This document shows positions 52,856 to 64,000 of a stretch of 64,000 nt of DNA, piece by piece. The translations under genes and the position numbers were made by a program. Below the pieces are notes generated by a model. It saw only the letters and a list, made by a program, of their open reading frames with translations, ran no database searches and was not told the origin of the DNA. Source of the stretch: Octopus bimaculoides (lineage: Eukaryota); contig NC_068995.1 of the NCBI RefSeq assembly GCF_001194135.2, forward strand, positions 50,030,852-50,094,851. The letters are read 5' to 3'. Within the stretch, counting starts at the first letter, position 1. Every line of letters starts with the position of its first letter.

Positions 52856-54697
52856 TTATTCTTTAGCCGGGGGTCAGCCTTGACTGGGCAGATGTATGAT
52901 CAAAAGTGTTCCAACAGTGACCAAACTTTCTCTACTTGAAGATGGTAGGGAACTATTTCAGGACCATTTAGCTGCCATTTCTAACAGGTTAAGCTATAGT
53001 ATTGAGCCCCACACATTGGCTTATGAAGTCTGGGGGTTCCTTCATAGCAGACCTAAAATCAAAGTCATTCCAGCCATGATCATCTTGTTTTTCAGTATAT
53101 CTATAATTACATTGTCTCATGTCTTCTTCCATTTTTTTTTTCGGACAGCATGATGCATTTGAGAGAGATTTGCTACTTTTAGATTAAACAGTTGAGTAGC
53201 AGCAACCTTTTTTGCTTGTGTCCTTGTAATCCATGTAAATAATTCAGGCACAAGAAACGAAAGTGAAGCGATACCATGCCAATCAGGAATCTAAACTGCA
53301 TCACAGGGGTTAGGTTCAGTGGATAAGGAAATTAGATCAACACGATGCTCCTCGTCAATAGTTAGAAGAATGAATAGGATGTTGTGGTTGTCATGGTTTT
53401 CATAAAGGCCTTTGTGACGTAAGTGAAATGAAATATTTCCTAGTGGGATTTGAAATCGAGTCACAGATTCTGCTATACTAAGATACACATCTCCAGCAGC
53501 CGTAGCAGTAGAGCCGTAGCAGCAGCAGCAGTAGTAGTAGTTGCTGATGTTTAGTTGGTCCGGGTCAAGCTTGATTGAGCAGACCTAATTTAAAAGCATT
53601 TCCGTGTGGACCACCCTGCATTTATTTAGGGTATGAAGGACTGTTATCTAATGTCTGTCCTTCTGCGCTCTCAGACGATGAAAGGCTATTTGAAAGAGAT
53701 GCAGCTGCTGTTTCCACCTGGTCGAGCGACAATGTTAAGATTTCCTAGTTGACTCGTTGCAGAAGTTGAAGGCCGATCTTGATTAAGTAGAAGTGTAATT
53801 AAAATCACTTCAATTATAACCACCACTCTATCGTTTAACCAGGCATTGTGTACCAAGAACTACATTATATTATGTCCTGTTTTTCTTAAAACGGCAAGTT
53901 ATGATTTGAGGGAGATTTGACAGCTATTTCTAGTAGATCGAATGACCGTATAGAGACACCATAAAGGAGAGAATGTTAATATTTTCCAATACTTTAGTGT
54001 TGTTGTTAATGTCAATGGGACAGGAATGAACTCCACAACCCAGTTTTCTCATAACTCCAGTAAAGCCACCGATTTTCTCATAAGTGAAAGACAAACAGAA
54101 CGAATACACACACGCACACACACACACACACACGTTCGTCTGACAAAGGCGAGTACGCAGAAACTTCGAAGTTATTGCCAACATATTCCTTGAAAAAGTT
54201 TAATAAACGTACTCGTCAAAAAAGTATTGAGCAATCTAGTTTAATGTTTAGAAATGTTTCTGTTTTATATATAACTTGATATGTAAAAAAACAAACATAC
54301 TTGTGCGTGCATGAGTGCGTGCGCGAGCGTGTGCGTGTGCGCAAGCGAGTGTGCGTGCGTACGAGTTCTTGTAGCGGTACCTGGCCTTGTCCGAGTTTAT
54401 TAACAGCACCACTACCCCGTCAACGCAATCTTATGATTAACCCCACCCCCTATTTTAGATAAATTGTTCTGAAAAGATGCTGGCAGTCTTGGGTTAGTTC
54501 GAGAATAATCATTGCAACGGAGCAATCCTTTTTCTAGAAAGCTTAAGCAAAAACCATACACAAGCCTACGTATGACCTTCTTTCTAGAAAGATGTGCTCC
54601 TATGTGAAATTCCAGTCACTTAGGTGCAAAACTGTGACCTATAATTTAGAACTATACATACTTCTTTCATGTATGTATGTGTCTATCTGTCTATCTG

Positions 54698-54735
<38 letters not shown>

Positions 54736-54736
54736 C

Positions 54737-54773
<37 letters not shown>

Positions 54774-55206
54774 CCTATCTATCTGTCTGTCTGTCAATCT
54801 GTCTCTGTCTGTCTGTCTCTCTCTCTCTATATATATATATATAGAGAGAGAGAGAGATACACATCTACAAACATGTATATATATATATATACACACACAT
54901 ATGTATGTATGTATGTATATATGTACGTACTATGTATGTATGCATATACTTGTGTGTGTGTGTGTGTGTGTGTGAAGGGTACAGCATTTATGTATGTGTC
55001 TATATGTTTCAGTGTATATATGAATGGAAGTCGAGCATGTCCCCAACCGAATCACTCCATGGGTCTATTATTTAGAGAAGATAGGATGCATGGACGCCTA
55101 TATGTTAGGCTTTATGCCCGAATGAATGAGGTTACGAGAGGGAGAGAGAAGAAAGAAAAGAAGAAGAAAAAACCCAGTTCTACGTCGAGCTGCACCGCTG
55201 ATTTAC

Positions 55207-55335
55207 CGCGAATCGATGACTGATGCAGACTGATCGAAGTATATGGACGGTGATGTATACTGCAATTAGTAGTGGTGAAGCCGAGCAGGGAGAAGAAAGG
55301 GAGAGAAACGGGAAGTGTGGAATTAAGGTTAGGAG
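55207..55335 (-). other. Candidate exon (129 nt) in a CpG-enriched segment
   Basis: Acceptor gatattttacAG, donor CGCG|GTAAAT; two frames open. Confidence 0.35.
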
Positions 55336-55449
55336 CTGTAAAATATCACGAGAAAGAAAGAAAAAAGACACAAAGGGAAGAGAGAGAGAGAGAGAGAGAA
55401 TAAAGAAGAGAAAGAGGGAGAACGGAAATCGAAAGAGAGAGGGAGAGTA

Positions 55450-55650
55450 GAGACATAGAAAGAGGAAGGGGCAGAGAAAGAGAGAAAGCAGGACTATAGA
55501 GAGAACGAGAGAATAAAGACAGAAAGCAGAGAGAGAGAGTAGACATAGAAAAAGGGAGGGGGCAGAGAAAGAGAGAAGGAAGGAATATAGAGAGAACGAG
55601 AGAATAAAGACAGAAAGCAGAGAGAACGAGAGAATAAAGACAGAAAGCAG
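55450..55650. repeat. GA-rich compound tandem repeat (~90 bp x2 plus 30 bp subunit)
   Basis: agagaacgagagaataaagacagaaagcag occurs three times. Confidence 0.8.
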
Positions 55651-56878
55651 AGAGAGAGAGAGAGAGAGAGAGAAAGAGCAAAGACGTTTGTGTGTTATGG
55701 CGGAGGTGGCGGAAACCCTAAAACTTGCTCGATAAGAAACGAAGAATGAAGCAAGCAATTTTATGTTATGTTAATAACAATTAATAATTAGTAGAGGTGA
55801 AACACTTGCTTTCCCCCCAACAATTGCACGATATTGTTAGACATATGCATATGAAATCGGTGTAAGAGACAGACATATTTATGGAAGAAATAGAAGCAAA
55901 TGAGTTAATTTAGGAACATACACAGCATGTAGTAGCATTTTCTAGTCTTTTCCGCCACACACAGGCACACACTTTTGTACACAAAATATATTAATCAAGC
56001 ACTCACACACACACACACACACTCTTTCTCTCTCTCTCCCTCTCTCTGTCGATATATATATAACACATATATATAATGTGTATGAGTGAGTGCTTGTTGT
56101 CCGTTTGTGTAAATGTGTGTATACACACTAACATCCACATTATACACACCTATACATTATACACTCACGTGCACAAAGGCTGCAGGGGTGTTTCACCGTG
56201 TATTTTTTTTATTATTATTAAAGAACAGAAAACCCGTCCCCAAATATTAACGTGTTGCATTCATTTAATCATTTAATATCCCTCCTGCCCTTATATATAC
56301 ACACACACACATACATATGTATATTGGAAGAAGCTTGAATAAACATCATTATTATTATTGTCTTTGTTTGAATTTTGTTTTAAATTCAGTAAATATATTA
56401 TTCTAAAAAAAAACCATCTGAAGTCCATAACAAACGGTATATGAATAAGTAAATAACAAAAGAAAATCCAACCGCCTTAAATTGCGTAAATCTCACCACT
56501 ACCCAGACATTAGTCGGTTTATCTTTCGCTTCTTCCATCCCTTAATTCGAATACCAACACAGTATTTCGACAAAATATCAGTTTTCTTTTAGTAACTGTG
56601 AAGGGTAAAGATTTTTTTTTCTTTTCTTAGGGGAGAGGGGGATATGGTCTGCAGAAAATTGATACGTTCATGGCTTATTTTAACCCCCCCCCCCAAGGGC
56701 GTCAGAGACGTTAATATGGACAGGAATCAAAAGGGGTTTTTTTTCCCCCCAGAAGGGGTAATAAAATTGAATTGCGGAAACACACGGATCTCCGACAGTT
56801 TAACCTCTTCCACACGACAGCGAGCAACTAGGTGAAATAATGACGATTATATAATAATTATAATAATGATATAAATGG

Positions 56879-56913
<35 letters not shown>

Positions 56914-57539
56914 GTGGTGGCAGTGACGAGGAAGATGATAATAAAAGTGATAGTGATGATAATGATGGTGGTGGTGGTTGTGGTGGAGGTGATGATAATT
57001 ATTATTTCTAGCATCAAGTTTTATGGTCTGGTGATTTCTTACAGACACAGAGATTCGGTGTTTCTATAGTGGAGTCAAGGATGATGTTATGAGATTTCAT
57101 AACGTTCATGCCTTTCTCAAGGGCATTAGTGACATTAAAGCGAAACGAAATGAAATGGCTACAAGCCGGGAGCTGAGAATCCGTTGATTATGATGTATTA
57201 TCGAAATCAACAGGCATTGATCACCACTGTTCATGGTGATTGAACATTCGGAGACAGGGAGTGAAAGGAAATATTTCCATGAACCACCCCTATCTTCTCC
57301 CTTCCCAAAAACAAAAAAAGAAAGTAAATAAAGACATAATAATTCCTTGAAAACGATGAGAATATTAATAATTAGAAATGAATTATCCTCTTTCAAAATG
57401 GAACATTAGAAAAGGTAATAATGAACAAATCAGACGAAACTGACATATATACACTTACAGAGCAGATACGTATTACAGCAATTATCAACAAAGTTACACG
57501 TAGCTATTGATCATACATGCATACGCATGTTTTACAAAT

Positions 57540-57584
<45 letters not shown>

Positions 57585-58136
57585 TGCATGTATGTACATG
57601 TATGTATGCGTATGTGTATACATACATATATGTGTATGTATGTATGTATGTATATGTATGTATATGCATACTTATACACAGAATTTCTTGTAGTTTGGTT
57701 AATACTTTAACACACACACTATCTATTCGAATTACACTGTAACATCACCTTTCCCCATCATCCATCCTACGATACTACAATAATTGTGTTTAAGCACATG
57801 ATTTTTTTTCTCTTTCTAAATTTCTTGTCTCTCTTTTTTAAGTGAAATCATTTCTTGAAAAAAATATATATGTGTATATAAGAAAAGGTTTGTTTGTGCA
57901 TATAAACATGCATGTTTTAAATACATACACATGTATATGTAAATAGAACGAAGGTTCCAGCCCTCCAAAACACATAGAGAGGGAAAGGGAGGTAGGAAAA
58001 AAAGAGAGAAAGACTTGGAATTTTGTATGGTAATGTATTGCACGTTATTCCTTCTTTTTTTCTTCTTTTTTTTTTCATTCATTCATTCTTAACGTGAAAA
58101 CATAAAGGAGTAGAAAAAAATGAAGAAATAAATTAC

Positions 58137-58390
58137 CTATTCGCAGAAGCATACAGCTAAATGAAACAGGACGGACAATCAGCAGCGACCGTAAGAGTAA
58201 AAAGTCTCGCAAGGTACTTGGCCAATAAACATTCAATTTGACGTAAACAACTCGCTCGTGTTGCGGCCGATTTCAAAACATCCGCATGCGCACTCAATCA
58301 GCAATTAATGGCGAAAAGGACGTTAAGTGCCAATCGAAGTCGGGGTGGGTAGTGCACTCGGGGTTATCTCCCTTGGAAGTTGACGCAGCT
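58137..58390 (-). promoter_or_regulatory. CpG-enriched promoter-like island with two CCAAT boxes, an NRF1-like GCATGCGCA and a minus-strand donor
   Basis: CCAAT at ~58222 and ~58330; ccgcatgcgcac at ~58282; TAG|GTAATT at 58135-58136. Confidence 0.5.
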
Positions 58391-58440
58391 CCTCTGCCTG
58401 CCTGTCTCTATCTATCTATCTGTCTGTCTGTTTCTCCCCC

Positions 58441-58473
<33 letters not shown>

Positions 58474-58667
58474 GGAAGGCCATACATACATATATATGCA
58501 TGAATGTATTAATATATCTATCAATAACATATCAATTAATACATGTGTATACATACATGTGTCTGTGTGTGTATGTATGTGTGTATATGTATGCATGCAT
58601 GTATGTATGTATCTATCTATCTATTTACACATCTTTCCAGCTATCAGCCAATCTACCTGTTTGTGTG

Positions 58668-58703
<36 letters not shown>

Positions 58704-59489
58704 CTCTATATATCTATCTGTCTATCTATCTACTTGTTATGCATATATCGGTTTGTCTTCCCCCATTCCCTCTCTCATACACACACACACACACAAACAC
58801 ACACTGATCTAATTCCTTGCTCTTCAGATTCCTTCTGTTTCTCTTTCTTTATTCCTCCCCCTTTCCTTTCCTTTTGCTTCTTTCTTAGTTTCTATATTTC
58901 TCTCATTCTTCTAGACTCTTTTCCTTCTTTTGCCTCTTATTTCTCATTTTCGATTCCAGTGTCCCACCTCCTTCTCTCTCTCCCCCTCTCTCTTTCTCAT
59001 TTTCTTTGTGAGTGTGTGTATATGTGTCTCTTTTGAACTCCTTTTCTCTCCCTCACTGACTTCAGCCTTTTTCTTCCAATCTTTCTCACCACTTCTCTCT
59101 CTCTTTGACTCTTTTTTTCACATGTCTCTAAGTCTTTCAGATTTTCCCCTTTTCTCACTCTGTTGATAACATCTTCTCTTCCCCTTAGTTTTCTCTCTCT
59201 CTTCCTCAATATACTCTGATTCTCTCAATATTCTCTCTATCTATCATATCCTGTCTTTCTCTTTGTCAATGTCTCCCCGTCTGTCTGTCTCATTCCTCTT
59301 CCGTTCATCTCATCCTTTTTCTCTCCCTCAACATCTCTATAATTTATATCATTGTCTATTCTTTTATCTTGTCTCTCAATCAATAAATAAATCAATCGAT
59401 TAGTCATTTAATCAATTACTCAATCAATCAAGGTTTCTGTCCGCCTGTCTGATTGTCTGCCTGTCTGTCCATCTCTCTGAGTGTGCGTC

Positions 59490-59812
59490 ATGCATGGCTG
59501 TGTGGTAAAATATTTGCTTCTCAATCACATGGTGCCATGTTCAGTCCCACTGTGTAACACTTTAGGGAAGTGTCTTGTACAATATTCCCAGTCTGACCAA
59601 TGCCTTGTGTGTGAATTTGGTTGATGGAATCTGAAAGAAGCTCATCATGTATGTATGTATGTATGTATGTATGCATGTGTGTGTGTGTTTGTCTTTGGTC
59701 CCCAACACCACTTGACAACCAATAGTATAAATACTGTGGTCAATTTTTTTACTAAACCCTTCAAGGTGGTGTTCCAGCCAGCATGGCCACAGTCCAATGA
59801 CTAAACAAAGTG
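59490..59812 (+). mobile_element. Diverged SINE family B
   Basis: catggctgtgtggtaaaatatttgcttctcaatcacatgg...gttcagtcccactgtg. Confidence 0.75.
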
Positions 59813-59816
59813 AATA

Positions 59817-59876
<60 letters not shown>

Positions 59877-59891
59877 GATCGATCGATCGAT

Positions 59892-60000
59892 CGATCAACT
59901 GTCCGCAATCGCAAATTCGATCAATTGTCCAATAGTACAAATCCGATCAACTGTCCAATAGCACACATTCGATCAACTGTCCACTAGCGCAAATTCGAGT
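59892..60000. repeat. 26 bp minisatellite x4 (cgatcaactgtccaatagcacaaatt)
   Basis: Units at 59892, 59918, 59944 and 59970. Confidence 0.9.
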
Positions 60001-60221
60001 AACTAAGTGAAACTGCAACTAAATGAAAGCTCTAACTTTCTCTTTCATTTAAAAAATGTACGCCCGGTCTGAGAATCGAAACCGCGATCCTATGACCACG
60101 AGTCCGCTGTGTGTGCGCGCACGCGTATGTATGTATGTATGTATGTATGTATATATATATNNNNNNNNNNNNNNNNNNNNNNNNNNNNNNNNNNNNNNNN
60201 NNNNNNNNNNNNNNNNATATA

Positions 60222-60436
60222 CAGGGATGGCCAAAAGTCACTCGGCAGTAAATCAAAATTCCATAACTACTTAATATTCAATTTTATTTATTCATTCCAA
60301 TTATAAATGTTTACAAGAAGGACTTCAGTTTGAACAGTTTTCATGATGTTTCATATTTAGATGCTTTTATTAAATTCATTCAGTTGTTAAACAGAGATAA
60401 ATCTTGGAATTAAATGGTTTTGATTTACTAACCCTG
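60222..60436. mobile_element. Tc1/mariner MITE with TA target duplication
   Basis: TA-CAGGG ... CCCTG-TA; subterminal cagtaaatcaaaa / ttttgatttact. Confidence 0.8.
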
Positions 60437-60479
60437 TATATATTTGTATACACACACATAACTATATATATATATAGAC

Positions 60480-60862
60480 TCGTTAGGGAGTCGAATATAA
60501 TGCTTAGCGGCATTTTTTCTGGCTTTTTACTTTCTGAGTTCAAATTCTACCTAAGTTGACTTTATCGTTCTTTCGGGGTCGACAAAATAAGCACCAGTGG
60601 AGCGCTGAGGTCGGTATAATTGGCTATCCTCTTCCCCACAAAATGTCATGTTTATGCCTACAGAAGAAAGAATTTATATAAAGCGAGTTGGCAGAATCGC
60701 TAGTGAGTCGGACAAAATGCTTCCAGCTCATTACGTTTTGGGTTCAAATTCTGCCGAGGGCAACTTTACCTTTCATCCTTCCGGCATTGATAAAATAAAT
60801 AGCAGTTGAATACTGAGGTCGATGCCCTTAAAATTGCCGTCCTTTCGCCCAAGTTTAAAACT
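60480..60862 (+). mobile_element. Two tandem diverged SINE family A copies
   Basis: aatgcttagcggc...ctgagttcaaattc; gagttggcagaatcgctag...gggttcaaattctgccgagg. Confidence 0.75.
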
Positions 60863-60879
60863 TTAATTTAAATGAAGAG

Positions 60880-60965
60880 TTATCTGCTCTTACATTCCTA
60901 GCTCCTGAGTTAATTTCTGTAATTCATTTTTCGACAAAACACATCGTATTGTACAACAGGTGAGT
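60880..60965 (+). promoter_or_regulatory. Initiator/first-exon module 1 ending CAG|GTGAGT
   Basis: ttatctgctcttacattcct at 60880; donor GT at 60960. Confidence 0.5.
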
Positions 60966-61116
60966 AGAAATTCCTTTACGTTTGATCAGAGACGTTGCAA
61001 AAGGATAAAAACATATTCTGGTAGACAAAATTTTCTTTAGTCTATCTACCTGTTGATTGAATTGATCGCCCCCAAAATGTTTTTATTCCTAGCCACACCG
61101 AGCCATCTGTTTAAAC

Positions 61117-61278
61117 CAAGCATGGGCAAACTTTTTAGAGAACCGGTCTGCCCGAGTCATGACTCGTCATCGGGTGGACCACACTATAAAAAAAAATTTT
61201 TTTTTAAATGATTCAAGGTAATTTTTCGTGAGGTGTGTCTTTCAGAAAGTCTCACGGACTACAGATTGCCCATTACCG
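61117..61278. mobile_element. hAT MITE with 8 bp TSD GTTTAAAC
   Basis: TSD at 61109-61116 and 61279-61286. TIRs caagcatgggcaaact / agattgcccattaccg pair at 11 of 16 positions. Confidence 0.8.
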
Positions 61279-61675
61279 GTTTAAACTTTCATTTGAAATT
61301 TACAGCTAATTTATAATTATGATTTGCAAGTTATGCTCTACGTTTGTTTCCCTAATATCATTTAATAGGACTTTAATGTGTAAGATACATGGGTATATAT
61401 TTGTTGGTTAACTACGATTGATTTTTCTTTGATATCTAGTCATTTGTATTTCAGTATCAAGATTCAACTTTAATTTTTAAAATTTATATGAAAATTTGTC
61501 TTCAATGGATTATAACCAATTATTTATTCTTCAATAATTAGTAGTGATTTTATGTTTAGATATGACTATTTTTTATTCGTGCAATGTTAATGCAACGTCA
61601 AGATTTCCTTGTCCGAAATTAAAAAATCTGGAACAGTCGCTTATCATTTATCTCAATATGATGTTTTAAAATTTA

Positions 61676-61850
61676 AGGCGGCGAGCTGGCAGAAATGTTG
61701 ATTTGCCGCACAAATTCCGCCGAGGTCGACTTTCCCTTTCATCCTCTCGGGGTCGATAAATAGAATACCAGTTGAGTACTGGGATCAATGTAATAGACTT
61801 ACCCCATCCCCGAAATTGCTAGCTTTGCCCCAAAATTGAAACCAATATGC
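61676..61850 (+). mobile_element. SINE family A, internally deleted
   Basis: aaggcggcgagctggcagaaa...caaattccgccgaggtcgactttccc. Confidence 0.8.
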
Positions 61851-62178
61851 TGTTTAAAATCTGATGAGGAACCGGTGTGTATTCCTCATAAGTTTTTCTG
61901 TGGGGAAACAGAGTGTTGTGTTCAGCCGTTTGTTTTTTCATAGAAAAAAAATTTCCTATCCTGAAAAATACCTCTTACTAAAACAAGTTATTGTTATTTC
62001 TTTACAAATAAAAAAAAAATTCAGATGTAAAGTATGTTTGGCATTTTTCTCATATCAGTTAACAAAGACATGTAGTACTTTCGTTTTTCTATACGAGGCG
62101 GTACCATGGCTAGTGAGGTAATTTTGAGGCGTGGCTATTGTTTATTGAAAGCTATATATCTTTTAATAGCACTTTCGA

Positions 62179-62274
62179 TTATCTGCTCTTACATTCCTCA
62201 CTCGATTTGTAAACATTTATTCGAAATTTGCGCCAGAACACACACATACGCAAAAATATATATTGCAGGTGAGT
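62179..62274 (+). promoter_or_regulatory. Initiator/first-exon module 2 ending CAG|GTGAGT
   Basis: ttatctgctcttacattcct at 62179; donor GT at 62269. Confidence 0.5.
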
Positions 62275-63039
62275 AGAGATTCAGTCACTTCTATTTAAGC
62301 CTTGATCTCAAATTTGCTCGTAAATTCATAATAAACATAACTTTTGATGCAGTTTTCTGTGTCCATATTCAACTAATTGGATTTTTTGTCTCTTAAAATG
62401 TATATACAGTATGTTATCTGCATACTGCAGATAACATGTCTTTAGATATTTAGGTGATTCGAGATTCACTGAGTCAATCAAACTAAACCACTTTGTATAA
62501 TCTGTAGGAAAGAAGCGTATTACGAATTATTATCTGTAATATATTTCTTCCAAAAAGCTGGTATTGATCAAATATTTAGGTGTTTCACATTGAGAGATGA
62601 CATTTTATAAGTGCAATTTTGATATAAATCTCACTTTCCTTCGCGTTTTAATTGGTTATACTATTTTATGCACTTGAGATACAGAAGACCTGGTATCGAT
62701 GTTAAAACAGGTGAGTGATGATGACTAGATCATGGTTTAAAAATATTAAAAAAACATTCAAGTTGAGTTTATGATTACATATAACATGTTCTCTACTTTT
62801 ACGTATCTGTTTGCATCTACCTAACAGGGCATTTTCTTTCTACTATTTAATTCTTAGTTCGGTTTATATACTGTTTATGCGGCTGTGTGAGTGTACTCGT
62901 TTTGATAAACTACAGAATACAATTTCTCTGCTATTTTTGACTTTTAGAGTCGATTTAACTTCAATTCATAAAATTTGCTGGCAAAGTGAATTCTAGATGC
63001 AAACTGCATGCGAATATATAAAATTATAACTATTTTCAG

Positions 63040-63300
63040 TCGACTCTAGTGTCCCACAACGTTCACTTTCTATCTCCCGTCCTCTTCCTTCTAAACACAA
63101 AGGACTTGTTGCCATATTCAACAGCGCCTGTGCTTATGCAAATGACACGGTCCTTTACTCATCTTTAACCTTCCTTAACTGTGCATCATCCACGCGCCAA
63201 ATTTGCATTGAACGTAAGCGAAGACCCTAAAGGCATCCTGCTGTAGGATCGTGGCCAACATTTTCGTTTTTAACAGTAAAATCTCAAGTGTTACTCATAT
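63040..63300 (+). mobile_element. Old LINE RT fragment
   Basis: IFNSACAYANDTVLYSS is a degenerate YADD motif; stops and frameshifts follow. Confidence 0.55.
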
Positions 63301-63946
63301 AAAGAAAACACTAGCACACAGCAACACTCAGCTGGAGCCTTCATAGTCGCTCCAAATTTTGGACCTCAATATCATTGAAATTCTCTCCTGGTGAAAGAAT
63401 GTCTTTAGCATAGCTAGGACATACATCCCAAAGATTGTACTTTGGTCTTCAAGGCCAGAAAATATTTCACTTCCCGACAACTATTGACATTCTGTCTACA
63501 ATGCTCCTCTGAAATGGATGAAGTCACATGTATAAAGCTTGTATATATGTGGCCATGTAATTTTTGAAGTTATTTGTGTTTTACGAATTAAACAAGACAA
63601 AAATGTTCTGCATATAGTTCGCAAACTTTTCTATATAGTGGTTGTTTTCCAGTTGATAAGGCAGCTCCCCATCGGATAACAGTGGGGATTGAATTAACAC
63701 CCACTGTGAAATTTAGACTGGGAGTTTGCGACTGTAAATCTACTATAGGAAGTTAATATCTGAGAGGAGCAGTTCACAAGGGTGGCGTGTCAGGATTAAT
63801 ATCGATTGAATCATACAATTATACGATTAATAAAAGTTATCTCATATCAAAGTCAATTATTGAGAGTTATTGACGCATCACAAACTATTGATTTGTGAAG
63901 CGAGAATGGAATGCGGAAATCAAATAGCTTAGCAACAGTCTACAAG

Positions 63947-64000
63947 TTACCTGCTCTTACATTCCTAACTTGTTTTGTAATCACTTATTCTAAATCGGCA
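63947..64000 (+). promoter_or_regulatory. Module 3 (truncated by window edge)
   Basis: ttacctgctcttacattcct, followed by 34 nt clearly homologous to module 2. Confidence 0.45.

Noticed and set aside
55180-55758. 192 aa hydrophobic minus-strand ORF (and 10347-11150, 58380-59036)
   Set aside because: Mostly (CT)n/TC-rich low complexity.

Overview
AT-rich, microsatellite- and SINE-saturated animal genomic scaffold with many N gaps. The repeat families resemble those of Octopus (inference from recalled families, not a database match). There are no prokaryotic, CRISPR, rRNA or bona fide tRNA genes. One protein-coding gene can be reconstructed with confidence: CUEDC2 on the minus strand. It has five GT-AG, phase-consistent coding exons (19709-19785, 8546-8686, 7383-7459, 5787-5920, and 1-43, which runs off the window); the CUE domain begins at the window edge and the 5' UTR exon/promoter is unassigned. 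The rest is tRNA-derived SINEs, RTE/CR1-like LINE fragments, Tc1/mariner, hAT and Helentron-type non-autonomous elements, mini/microsatellites, three CpG-enriched promoter-like islands (about 43.1, 55.3 and 58.2 kb) and several orphan exon candidates. Most interesting: (1) a tandem array of paralogous initiator + short exon + CAG|GTGAGT modules at 60.9-64 kb that looks like a set of alternative first exons; (2) a tRNA-headed SINE whose tail folds as a core-mutated type I hammerhead ribozyme and which sits head-to-head with a second copy; (3) a candidate 9-nt microexon; (4) a ~400 bp foldback. Nearly all long ORFs in the supplied track are microsatellite or gap artefacts.
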